DNA of 63,916 bases from an uncultured Candidatus Saccharibacteria bacterium (GTDB lineage Bacteria > Patescibacteriota > Dojkabacteria > B142 > JAFGMG01): the NCBI GenBank assembly GCA_964444125.1, contig CAYUFB010000003.1:1-63916 (forward strand), in the 5' to 3' direction. A program made the translations under genes and the position numbers. Of this stretch, positions 10,289 to 18,765 are shown in pieces. Numbering within the stretch: the first letter of the stretch is position 1; every line of letters begins with the position of its first letter. The notes below the pieces were generated by a model that saw only the letters and a program-made list of their open reading frames with translations, did not search any database and was not told the DNA's origin.

Positions 10289-12151
10289 GTGGTACAGAGT
10301 ACAAGAAATACGCGTCTATATCCTATCATCGGAATGGTTTTGATGATTTTGGCTTTGCCTATGGTTCTTGTATTATTAGATTATGCATTGAACATAAATA
10401 CAGAAGCTGATGAATCCATAACACCCAAGGAAATTGTGATTTCAAACATTTCTGATACAGGAGCTACAATAAGTTGGGTCACAGAGGTGGAGACCACAGG
10501 ATATGTCAATTATGGAACTGCTGCAGATACATTGAATTTAATAGCAAGTGATATTAGGGATTTGAGCAAGAGTGCTCCAGAAAAATACAAAACACACATA
10601 GTCGAAATTAAAAATTTAAGTCCTTCAACTAATTATTTTTTTGAGGTTAAATCTGATGGACAATCATTAGTGGAAGGTGCTAATTTCAAGACTGATGCAA
10701 TAAATGAGTCAGTTCCCTTGCCTAAGACTCTTAAAGGCAAGGTCAATGTCGAAGAACCTTATCTATTGGTTTATTTCTTTGCCGGGAACAACAGAACCGT
10801 TTCAGAAATAAGGTCAACTTATACAGCTAATAATGGTACTTTCACCTATGATATCTCAAATATTCAAACAGCTGATGGTTCAAGTGCATATCCTATGGAG
10901 GGAGCAAAATTTGTTACATATGTAAATGGTCTAGAGAACGGCAAGGTAAGAGTTTTTCACGATACTGACGCTGATCCTGGAAGTTTGACCTTGGATACAA
11001 CGGCCGATATAAGTTTTGACACAACAGTAACTATCCCATCAGACTCAGCACCAAGTACTCCTTCAACACCAACGACTCCAACTACGCCAAGCACGCCAAC
11101 TACTCCTACTTCGCAAGAACCTGGAATATCTTTGATGAATAATATGTTTGCTGACTCAGATGCCTTAACAGATCCGACATTGCCAACTAATGTTTTTGTG
11201 AGCAATGTTTCAGAAACCAGCTTTCAGGTAAATTGGATAACCAAAGAGCCAACAACAGGGCATGTGCTGTATGGCAAGACAAGTCTTGAAAAAAGAGCGA
11301 TGGATCAAAGAGATAGCAATCCCGATGTCAAAAGGTACACGCATAGTGTGACTGTGCAAGATTCTGCAATGACGGCAGGTCAGCAGATACTTTTTAAAAT
11401 TTCCTCAAATAATAAGTATTATGGAGTTAATAATGGTACTTCGGCATACAAATTTATTGCTCCTGCGATATTAGATTCTCCTCCTACCCCTCAAGCGATA
11501 CTTGGAGAACTTGATTATTTATCTGGAAGTGTTTTATCTAATCAAAAAAGGGATTACATAATATATGGCAAAGTAAGTGACCAACAAAGTACCTCTTCAA
11601 TCTTTGTCTCAACTGTGCCTGCATTTAATAGTAATGGTTGGAGTTTAAGTATTGGTGGTGCTAGAAATGCTGACTTATCCAAAGCAATATCTAGTCCTTC
11701 ATCTGTTGAACTCTATGTGATAGGAGAATTTAATTCAAGAGCTCAAAAGTCAATTACTATATCAGAAGATCCAATTGAAGTAAGTATCCAACCTGGATTA
11801 AGTGTGATAAACATTGGACACGATGAAGTGTACCCTTCATTAGACAAGATATCTGGGACAGCGAATGCTTCAAGTAATATAAATTTACAAATCGGGTCTT
11901 TCTCTACTTCTGCAACATCTGATGCTGCAGGAAATTGGACTATCAATCTTTCTGATTTATCACGAGGCAAATATGTGCTCTCCTCATCAAGCTCGGGGGA
12001 AGTTTTGGGGTTATCATTTCAAATTAACCTTGCAGGACTTCCAGAAACAGCTTTTGGGCTATCAAGTTCCACAATTTATCTGATTATTGGATTCGCATTA
12101 CTGACTTTCGGAATATATTTGAAAGTATCGATCAAGAGACAGCAAATTTAA
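10289..12151 (+). CDS. Surface protein with two FnIII/purple-acid-phosphatase-N-like repeats, PT-rich linker and C-terminal LPETA-TM-basic tail
   Basis: Two SN+S.T...+.W.T...TTG.V.YG repeats; (P-S/T-T)n linker at ~11050-11112; LPETA + hydrophobic helix + KRQQI; N-terminal TM; GTG start. Confidence 0.8.
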   Translation: MVQSTRNTRLYPIIGMVLMILALPMVLVLLDYALNINTEADESITPKEIVISNISDTGATISWVTEVETTGYVNYGTAADTLNLIASDIRDLSKSAPEKYKTHIVEIKNLSPSTNYFFEVKSDGQSLVEGANFKTDAINESVPLPKTLKGKVNVEEPYLLVYFFAGNNRTVSEIRSTYTANNGTFTYDISNIQTADGSSAYPMEGAKFVTYVNGLENGKVRVFHDTDADPGSLTLDTTADISFDTTVTIPSDSAPSTPSTPTTPTTPSTPTTPTSQEPGISLMNNMFADSDALTDPTLPTNVFVSNVSETSFQVNWITKEPTTGHVLYGKTSLEKRAMDQRDSNPDVKRYTHSVTVQDSAMTAGQQILFKISSNNKYYGVNNGTSAYKFIAPAILDSPPTPQAILGELDYLSGSVLSNQKRDYIIYGKVSDQQSTSSIFVSTVPAFNSNGWSLSIGGARNADLSKAISSPSSVELYVIGEFNSRAQKSITISEDPIEVSIQPGLSVINIGHDEVYPSLDKISGTANASSNINLQIGSFSTSATSDAAGNWTINLSDLSRGKYVLSSSSSGEVLGLSFQINLAGLPETAFGLSSSTIYLIIGFALLTFGIYLKVSIKRQQI

Positions 12152-12156
12152 TTTGT

Positions 12157-12504
12157 TTATTTGCTTTGTGATTTTTTGACCACTGCTTCGAATGCTTCAG
12201 GATAATCAAGAGCTAGTGCAGCAAGAGATTTTCTATTAAGTTCGATTTTTGATTTGGTCAAATTAGACATGAAGTCACTATAGCGAATGTCAAATTTTGT
12301 CAAACCTGCTGAAATCCTTTTGATCCAAAGCTTTCTAAATTGTCCAGCTCTCTTTTTTCTGTGTTGAAAGCTGTATTGACCAGCATGAAGCAAAGCTTCT
12401 TTGGCTCTTTTGTACAATTTTGAATAACTAAGTCTAAAGCCTTTTGTTTTGGATAAGACTTTTTTATGCTTTTGATGTTTGGTTTTTCCTCTTTTTATTC
12501 TCAT
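12157..12504 (-). CDS. rplT: 50S ribosomal protein L20
   Basis: MRIKRG, FRKLWIKRISA, LNRKSLA; infC-rpmI-rplT synteny. Confidence 0.97.
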   Translation of the reverse strand: MRIKRGKTKHQKHKKVLSKTKGFRLSYSKLYKRAKEALLHAGQYSFQHRKKRAGQFRKLWIKRISAGLTKFDIRYSDFMSNLTKSKIELNRKSLAALALDYPEAFEAVVKKSQSK

Positions 12505-12523
12505 GATTGATTTAATTAAATAT

Positions 12524-12724
12524 TTAAGACATTAATTGTTTAATTTTTTTTGCCTGTGTCTTGGATCCAATAGTACCACCTCTTTTTTGTCTATTCTTTG
12601 TTCTATTTGATTTGTTTGCCTTAAGATGGGCATTATCCATTTGCTTTTTGTGAACGATTTTGCCACTTGCTGTAGCCTTGAATCGTTTTGCAGTAGCCTT
12701 ATGTGTTTTTTTCCCTTTTGCCAT
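12524..12724 (-). CDS. rpmI: 50S ribosomal protein L35
   Basis: KTHKATAKRFKATASGK; synteny. Confidence 0.95.
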   Translation of the reverse strand: MAKGKKTHKATAKRFKATASGKIVHKKQMDNAHLKANKSNRTKNRQKRGGTIGSKTQAKKIKQLMS

Positions 12725-12747
12725 TATTTATTATATAAAAACTATTT

Positions 12748-13299
12748 CTATTTCTTTGGTTTAATAATAATTGACATATTGCGCCCTTCTCTTTTTGGTG
12801 ATCCATCATGTTCGCAACTGTCTGCCAATCTTTCTAATATTTTTGTCATTAAATCCATCATGTGATTGTAGTTCGTCCTTCCTGTTGCTCTAATTCTCAG
12901 TTTAACAGGATGTCCTTTGCCCAAAAACTCTTGCACTTTCTTTAATTTATGTCCCAAATCTCCTTCATCGATAAACGCCTTAAACCACATCTCTTTTTGT
13001 TCAGCGCCTTTGTTCTTTTTCTTCTCCTTCTCTTTCTTGCTTAATTCGTATTTGTACTTCGACCATGACATAATTTTAGCTACAGGTGGAGTTGCTTTTG
13101 GAGCAATCTCAATTAGATCTAATTCACGTTCTGTAGCGATCCTCAATGCATCTTGTGTATTCATCTCGCCAAACACTTCTCCTCCTTCTCCAACTACAAA
13201 TACTCTTGAGGCTCTAATATATGAATTTCTATTTACCCTTTCGATAACTTTATAATTATCTTTTCTAAGGTTACTATTATATTTTGCTATTTTGTTCAA
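12748..13299 (-). CDS. infC: Translation initiation factor IF-3 (non-ATG start, TTG or the in-frame ATA)
   Basis: DLIEIAPKATPPVAKIM, KYKYE, IDEGDLGHK; no ATG near the 5' end, consistent with known IF3 autoregulation. Confidence 0.96.
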   Translation of the reverse strand: MNKIAKYNSNLRKDNYKVIERVNRNSYIRASRVFVVGEGGEVFGEMNTQDALRIATERELDLIEIAPKATPPVAKIMSWSKYKYELSKKEKEKKKNKGAEQKEMWFKAFIDEGDLGHKLKKVQEFLGKGHPVKLRIRATGRTNYNHMMDLMTKILERLADSCEHDGSPKREGRNMSIIIKPKK

Positions 13300-13363
13300 A
13301 AACTAATAATTATACTATGGGATTTTATCAAACTATTGCGTATTTAGCTAGTAGATAGTTGGA

Positions 13364-15112
13364 TTATCTTTCTGACTCCTCCTTAAAGTGTTCATAAAAT
13401 TCATTAATTTTCATAATACCCATGTCTTCTCCAGTTCGAGGGCGAACTGATATAACTTTGCTACTCTCTTCTTGCTTGCCTACTATTATCATAAATGGAA
13501 TTTCTTCTGCTTGAGCATCTCTGATCTTGTTTTCTAATCCTGTTGCCCTTAAATCCATTGATGTGCGAATATTTAAATTATCAAATTCTTTTTTAATCAG
13601 TTTCGCATAGTTATCTTGATTTTGAGATACCGGCATAATCATAGCTTGAGTTGGAGCAAGCCAAACTGGTAAAACTCCTTTATGATATTCAATCAGTAAG
13701 GCAAAAAATCTCTCAATAGAGCCAATAGCTGAATGGTGGATTAAATAGGGCATTTCCTCGGCACCATTTTCATTTGTGAAATGAAGCTTCGTCCTGTTTG
13801 GCATTATTAGGTTCATTTGGATTGTGGCGACTTGCCATTCTTTGCCAAAAATATCTTTGATATGGAAGTCAATTTTGGGTCCATAAAAGTCCGCTTCTCC
13901 AATTGCTTCTCTTGCTACAAGCTTCGATTCTTCTAGAGCTCGAATGAGTATTGTCTCTGCTTTGTGCCATAATTCATCTGAGCCTAGGTAATCATTTAGT
14001 TTTTTTGTATCACGCCTTGCAAATTGTAGTCTATAATCTTTAAATCCGAATGATTTAAGTAGATATAAAGTGAAATTAATAAGCTTTTGAATCTCTTCTT
14101 GTGCTTGATTCGGACTTACAAATATGTGAGCTGCGTCTTGAATAAATTCACGAGTTCTAACCAAACCTTGAAGTTCTTTGCGTGATTCTTCTCTGTATGA
14201 TTTTGCAAATTCAAAAATTTTGAAAGGGAGATTAGAGTATCCTCTTCTTTGAGATCTATACACGTCTATATGATTTGCTGTCGGCATAGGTCTCAACATA
14301 TATAGCTCTTTATCGATTTCAAATGGTTTAATATCAAGATCTTGATAAAATTCAAGATATCCTGTTTCTTTAAATAAACTTACCTTCGAAATGTTTGGGG
14401 TATTAACTTCTTTGTAATCTCTTTTGAGTCTTTCTGCGCGTAAAAAATTTTCAATGATATTTTGGATCTTCATACCTTCTTCAAGCCAGATAGGTAATCC
14501 AGAGCCAATTTTATCTGAAAAAGAAAAATAATTACGTCTTGGACCTATAAACTTGTGTTCTCTTTCTAGTTTTTCTTCTTCCCACTTAAGATGATTATCT
14601 AAATCTTCTTGAGTCTCAAAACCTATTCCTTCAATTTTGTATAGAACTGGTCTGTTTTCATCATTTTTCCAATGAACTTCTTGAATATCAATAAGTTTAA
14701 ATGCACCTAATTGTCCGGTATGGTTAAGATGTGGGCCTCTGCACAGGTCTATAAATTCTTCTCCAGTTTTAAAAAAACTGATTTCCTCATCGGGAATTTC
14801 TTGAAGCAATTCAGTTTTGTAAATTTGGCCTTGTAGGTGCAACATGTCGAAAGCCTCGTTTCTTGGAATTAGTATCTGATTGATTGGCAGCTCTTCTTCA
14901 ATTATTTTGTGCATCTCTTTTTCGATTTTTTGTAGATCAATATCATCTTTTGTAGCATTTATTTCAACTTCATAATAGAAGCCATTTTCAATTGCAGGTC
15001 CAATGCCTAATTTTGCTTCTGGGTATATCCTAAGTACAGCTTGTGCTAATACATGCGCAAAAGAATGGCGCATTTTTTCTAATTTAAGTGAAGTCGGATT
15101 ATCGTTTGCCAT
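13364..15112 (-). CDS. thrS: Threonine--tRNA ligase (no N-terminal TGS domain; divergent Zn site)
   Basis: RHSFAH, DLCRGPH editing motifs; FYGPKIDF, IERFFALLIE, anticodon-binding domain; upstream of infC. Confidence 0.93.
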   Translation of the reverse strand: MANDNPTSLKLEKMRHSFAHVLAQAVLRIYPEAKLGIGPAIENGFYYEVEINATKDDIDLQKIEKEMHKIIEEELPINQILIPRNEAFDMLHLQGQIYKTELLQEIPDEEISFFKTGEEFIDLCRGPHLNHTGQLGAFKLIDIQEVHWKNDENRPVLYKIEGIGFETQEDLDNHLKWEEEKLEREHKFIGPRRNYFSFSDKIGSGLPIWLEEGMKIQNIIENFLRAERLKRDYKEVNTPNISKVSLFKETGYLEFYQDLDIKPFEIDKELYMLRPMPTANHIDVYRSQRRGYSNLPFKIFEFAKSYREESRKELQGLVRTREFIQDAAHIFVSPNQAQEEIQKLINFTLYLLKSFGFKDYRLQFARRDTKKLNDYLGSDELWHKAETILIRALEESKLVAREAIGEADFYGPKIDFHIKDIFGKEWQVATIQMNLIMPNRTKLHFTNENGAEEMPYLIHHSAIGSIERFFALLIEYHKGVLPVWLAPTQAMIMPVSQNQDNYAKLIKKEFDNLNIRTSMDLRATGLENKIRDAQAEEIPFMIIVGKQEESSKVISVRPRTGEDMGIMKINEFYEHFKEESER

Positions 15113-15208
15113 ATTTTATTATTACAGTCTACTCATCTTTTTTCAAGTAAGACTTTTGATTTATATGTTTCACGTTAATATATTGATTTGTAGCATGTTT
15201 CACGTAAT

Positions 15209-15284
15209 TGGTGGGCGGTACAAGATTCGAACTTGTGACCCCACGCACGTCAAGCGTGTGCTCTACCAACTGAGCTAACCGCCC
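15209..15284 (-). tRNA. tRNA-Val(GAC), CCA encoded
   Basis: Minus strand GGGCGGT-TAGCTCAGTTGGTAGAGC-A-CACGC-TTGACGT-GCGTG-GGGTC-ACAAG-TTCGAAT-CTTGT-ACCGCCC-A-CCA; 76 nt; all stems pair. Confidence 0.98.
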
Positions 15285-15357
15285 ACGTCGAAATCTTTTT
15301 CGGCTTCCATAAAGATTATAGATAACTTTACTTCAGCCTCCAAATATTTCTCCTCTT

Positions 15358-15496
15358 AAGTATCAACTCCCTAGTGGTCGTTGATACTTTTAAAAACAAC
15401 AAAGACACCACGATCTAAATATACACTCAAATAATCCTATTTCAGTTTCCATAATTTCCTCCTTTAAGTTTTGATTCCCGTTGGTCATCAAAACTT
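15358..15496 (-). repeat. Two 10-bp perfect hairpins, 108 bp apart, with shared loop GACC..GGGA, each followed by a GGAG(G) SD-like motif
   Basis: AAGTATCAAC/GTTGATACTT (15358-15389) and AAGTTTTGAT/ATCAAAACTT (15466-15496). Confidence 0.75.
15390..15452 (-). CDS. Putative 20-aa small ORF METEIGLFECIFRSWCLCCF
   Basis: AAAGGAGGAAATT directly before the ATG; stop abuts the next hairpin. Confidence 0.4.
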   Translation of the reverse strand: METEIGLFECIFRSWCLCCF

Positions 15497-15533
15497 GTAA
15501 AAGACCATCTTTCCTACACGTCTAGGTATTATA

Positions 15534-16121
15534 TCACTTTTTGTTCTTGATGATACTATCTACGATTCCGTATTTCACTGCGTCACCAGCTGTCATGTAG
15601 AAATCTCTATCAAAATCTTTAAGTATCTTGGCTTTGCTTTGACCTGTATTGTCTGCCAAATCTTGAGCTAATTTGTCTTTGAGTCTAAGTATTTCTTTTG
15701 CAGTTATTTCAATATCACTGGCTTGTCCCTCTGCCCCACCTAGTGGTTGATGTATATGCACAGTACTATTGGGTAGGGCAAATCTTTTGCCTTTTGTGCC
15801 ACTTGAGAGAATCATTGTGCCCATCGAAGCAGTGCTACCTATAGCAACAGTAATGATATCGCATTTGACCAGATTCATTGTATCAATGATCGCAAGGCCT
15901 GCATACACCCCTCCGCCAGGACTTTGAATATACATTTTTATGTCTTTGTTTGGATTTTCTTTTTCAAGAAATAATAGTTGTGCGACTAGTGCGTTTGCTA
16001 CTTGTGAATTGATCTCAGTGCCCAAGAAAACTATTCTGTCTTTTAAGAGCCTTGAATATATATCATACGCTCTCTCTCCGTCTCTGGTTTTTTCAATGAT
16101 TGTAGGTACTAAATATGACAT
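15534..16121 (-). CDS. clpP: ATP-dependent Clp protease proteolytic subunit
   Basis: [32 protein letters not shown]. Confidence 0.98.
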   Translation of the reverse strand: MSYLVPTIIEKTRDGERAYDIYSRLLKDRIVFLGTEINSQVANALVAQLLFLEKENPNKDIKMYIQSPGGGVYAGLAIIDTMNLVKCDIITVAIGSTASMGTMILSSGTKGKRFALPNSTVHIHQPLGGAEGQASDIEITAKEILRLKDKLAQDLADNTGQSKAKILKDFDRDFYMTAGDAVKYGIVDSIIKNKK

Positions 16122-16144
16122 TATTTTGGATAATAATATGGCTG

Positions 16145-16153
16145 ATTATACCA
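16145..16153 (-). promoter_or_regulatory. Extended -10 promoter (TGgTATAAT) for clpP
   Basis: Minus strand TGGTATAAT about 25 nt upstream of the clpP ATG. Confidence 0.5.
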
Positions 16154-16167
16154 TTTAATAGTCTACA

Positions 16168-16194
16168 TAAACAAAAACATCCCTTCCGGGATGT
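16168..16194 (-). terminator. Intrinsic terminator
   Basis: Minus strand ACATCCC-GGAA-GGGATGT followed by TTTTGTTT. Confidence 0.8.
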
Positions 16195-16261
16195 CTTTGC
16201 TTGCACTTTTAACTATTTTTACTGCCTTTTGCTTTTTGAGAAATTAATTACTTAACTTCTC
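16168..16261 (-). ncRNA. Candidate ~94-nt small RNA (5' GNRA hairpin, A-rich linker, terminator)
   Basis: Promoter, predicted +1 at the first base of a 10-bp GUAA-loop hairpin, terminator; no ORF longer than 5 codons. Confidence 0.55.
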
Positions 16262-16267
16262 ATGTTC

Positions 16268-16297
16268 ATAATATCAGATACTTTTTCTGAGTGTCAA
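16268..16297 (-). promoter_or_regulatory. Sigma70-type promoter TTGACA-N18-TATTAT with extended -10 TG
   Basis: Minus strand TTGACA ctcagaaaaagtatctga TATTAT. Confidence 0.7.
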
Positions 16298-16444
16298 GCA
16301 ATATGTTCCAAAAATTTATTTTTTCTGCAATGAATGTTACGTGCGCTTGTTCTTGTGGTTGGGGTGTTTGGAGAGATCGTTCAATAAACTGTTTGTGGAT
16401 AATTAGTTAACCGAACTTTTTGTTCAAATTATTACCAAAATTTA

Positions 16445-16966
16445 CTATTTTGATGTAATTGTTAGAGTATCTCCTTGTGATATGTTGTTTTGCTTAAACC
16501 ATCCAGCATTTGTTTCTATTACATATTGAGCTGGCCTTGAAGACGTGTATCTTACTGATGTATCAAGTGGTTTGGCATTTTCTTCGATATTGATGATTGT
16601 ATATCCTTGATCAAGAAAGGCTATATCAAGAGGAATATAGGTATTTTTCATCCAAAAAGTGCGTATTTGACTATCAGGAAATAAAAATATCATACCTGAG
16701 TTCTGATCTAAGCTCTTTCTATTCATCAAGCCTGTTTTGTATTCTTCTTCGTTGCTGGCTTTTTCCAAATACAACAACACATCTCCGGTTTCTGGCGACT
16801 TCATAAGGTAGTCATATTTGTTTTCTGAAAGAATGTTTACTGGGGTGTATTTTTCGTCACTTGATAAAGATGAAATGATTGCAAGAAATAGTAATATAAT
16901 ACTTGTAGGCAATAGGAATAGCAGAAAAAGTAATTTTTTTGAAATTTTGATTTGTTTCATTAACAA
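16445..16966 (-). CDS. DUF192 domain membrane-anchored protein
   Basis: GLMNRKSL....GMIFLF, FWMKNTYIPLDIAF, YVIETNAGW. Confidence 0.92.
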   Translation of the reverse strand: MLMKQIKISKKLLFLLFLLPTSIILLFLAIISSLSSDEKYTPVNILSENKYDYLMKSPETGDVLLYLEKASNEEEYKTGLMNRKSLDQNSGMIFLFPDSQIRTFWMKNTYIPLDIAFLDQGYTIINIEENAKPLDTSVRYTSSRPAQYVIETNAGWFKQNNISQGDTLTITSK

Positions 16967-18765
16967 AAACCTAAACGTTTAAAGTTCTTTTCTATTTCTT
17001 TTTTTGGAAATTCCCAATACACTGGTCTACCATGAGGGCAAGTTGCAGGTTTTTTACATTTAAACAAATCGGATATTAGTTGTCTCATTTCGGTCAAATC
17101 AAGTTTCTTCCCTGCCCTTATGCTCCCATGACAAGCGAGACTTGCAACAAGTTTGTGCAATATTTCAGATTTATCTAGATCGAAGACTTCATTCTCTATT
17201 ACTTCGTCGATAAATCCTTCAAAGTTGAATTTTGATAGAATCGCTGGAATAGAATCAATCTTAAGAGTATCTGAACCAAATATATCTATCTCAAGACCAA
17301 TTGATTTAAATAATGCTAATTTTTCTTCTACCAATTTAACTATATTCTTATCAATATTGATAATTATGGGGACAAGTAATGGCTGACTTTGTACATCTAG
17401 TCCTGTTTGTACCGACAACATAATTTTTTCATAATTAATGCGTTCATGTGCAGCATGCTGATCAACAAATACCAATTTATCCTCTCTTTCAAAAAGTATA
17501 TATGTCAAGAAAAATTGATGAAAGTTATAACTAAACCCCTCGAAATCAAGAGAGTCATTTCTAACTGGATCTTTTGTCATATCCCCCGTTTGTCTGGTTA
17601 GTAGTTTTTTTGTAAAGGCTAGACTTGATTGCACTTGTTTGCCAGAATCTCTTAGTACGTGAGATTTGTTATTTTTTGAAATGGAAGAATAGATCTTTGG
17701 TGGCGATGTAATAGCGCTGTTCCCGTCATATGATTGGTAAGTATTGTCAAGTAATGTATGTTTCACGCGCTCCTGTGCGTTTTTCGAAATAGCGCTTTTT
17801 GTTGCATGTTTCACGGAATAGAATATGCTTTGAGTGTTTTCAAATTTGACCTCCATCTTTCTGGGATGGACATTAATGTCTATCAATTTGGGATCGATTT
17901 TGATATTGAGAAAATAAGGTGGATAGTATCCTTGATGTAATAGAGATTGATAACCTTTTTCTACTGCTTGAGTCACAAGATCAGATTTGATTGTTCGATT
18001 GTTTAAAAAAAGAAATTGCATAGCTCGACTTTTTTTCGATACTTCGGGGCTAGTGATGAAGCCTTCTATCTTTATATCGGGTGCATCATAATATATTGAA
18101 ACTAGCTGAGAAGATATTTTTTTGCCAAAAATATCAAAGATTCTTGTTTTCAATTCTTTGGTTGCCGGTAGATTGTATATCTCTTTTTCGTTGTGAAAAA
18201 GCTTGAAACTAATTGTTGGATGAGCAATTGCGTGGCGGATAAAAATATCTGAAATGAGCTTGAATTCGGTTGCATCGCTTCTTAAAAACTTTTTTCGCGC
18301 TGGAATGGTGCTAAAAAGGTTCTTGACTTGTATGCGAGTCCCTTTAGTTATTGAACCGCTGGATTTTTTTAGTGAATTTTGATTTATTTGGACTCTAGTG
18401 GAGTCTTGATTATTGAATGTCTGTAAATCAATTTCTGATACTGATGCTATACTTGAAAGTGCTTCTCCCCTAAATCCCATGGTGTATAACGTCGCAAGAT
18501 CGTCAATTGTCTTAATTTTTGAAGTCGCATGCTGTTGAAAGGCCATTTCTGCGTCTACTGGTGACATCCCTACCCCATCGTCAATAATCTCAATTAACTT
18601 TTTTCCTGCTTCTTCGATTCTGATTACAATAACGGATGAATCAGCATCGATGCTGTTCTCTATTAGTTCTTTGACGACACTTGCAGGGCGCTCAACAACC
18701 TCACCTGCGGCAATTTTTGCGATCGTTGACTTGTCTAGTTGTCGAATTCTATTCATATAATTCAA
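16960..18765 (-). CDS. mutL: DNA mismatch repair endonuclease MutL
   Basis: KIAAGEVVERPASVVKELIENSIDA, GFRGEALSSI, DQHAAHERINYE, ACHGSI, CPHGRP. Confidence 0.98.
   Translation of the reverse strand: MNYMNRIRQLDKSTIAKIAAGEVVERPASVVKELIENSIDADSSVIVIRIEEAGKKLIEIIDDGVGMSPVDAEMAFQQHATSKIKTIDDLATLYTMGFRGEALSSIASVSEIDLQTFNNQDSTRVQINQNSLKKSSGSITKGTRIQVKNLFSTIPARKKFLRSDATEFKLISDIFIRHAIAHPTISFKLFHNEKEIYNLPATKELKTRIFDIFGKKISSQLVSIYYDAPDIKIEGFITSPEVSKKSRAMQFLFLNNRTIKSDLVTQAVEKGYQSLLHQGYYPPYFLNIKIDPKLIDINVHPRKMEVKFENTQSIFYSVKHATKSAISKNAQERVKHTLLDNTYQSYDGNSAITSPPKIYSSISKNNKSHVLRDSGKQVQSSLAFTKKLLTRQTGDMTKDPVRNDSLDFEGFSYNFHQFFLTYILFEREDKLVFVDQHAAHERINYEKIMLSVQTGLDVQSQPLLVPIIINIDKNIVKLVEEKLALFKSIGLEIDIFGSDTLKIDSIPAILSKFNFEGFIDEVIENEVFDLDKSEILHKLVASLACHGSIRAGKKLDLTEMRQLISDLFKCKKPATCPHGRPVYWEFPKKEIEKNFKRLGFC

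Noticed and set aside
12748-13299. Non-ATG start of infC as a novelty
   Set aside because: This is the well-known IF3 autoregulation feature
15466-15520. Fluoride-riboswitch resemblance (GAUGGUC...UGAUGACCAAC)
   Set aside because: The pseudoknot is only 4-5 bp, the P2 hairpin is absent, the second tandem unit lacks the UGAUG motif, and no crcB-type gene follows
16168-16261. Small SRP (4.5S) RNA, because of CCGGAAGG
   Set aside because: The GGAA loop closes a perfect terminator stem; the SRP symmetric/asymmetric internal loops (CAGG...AGCA) are absent
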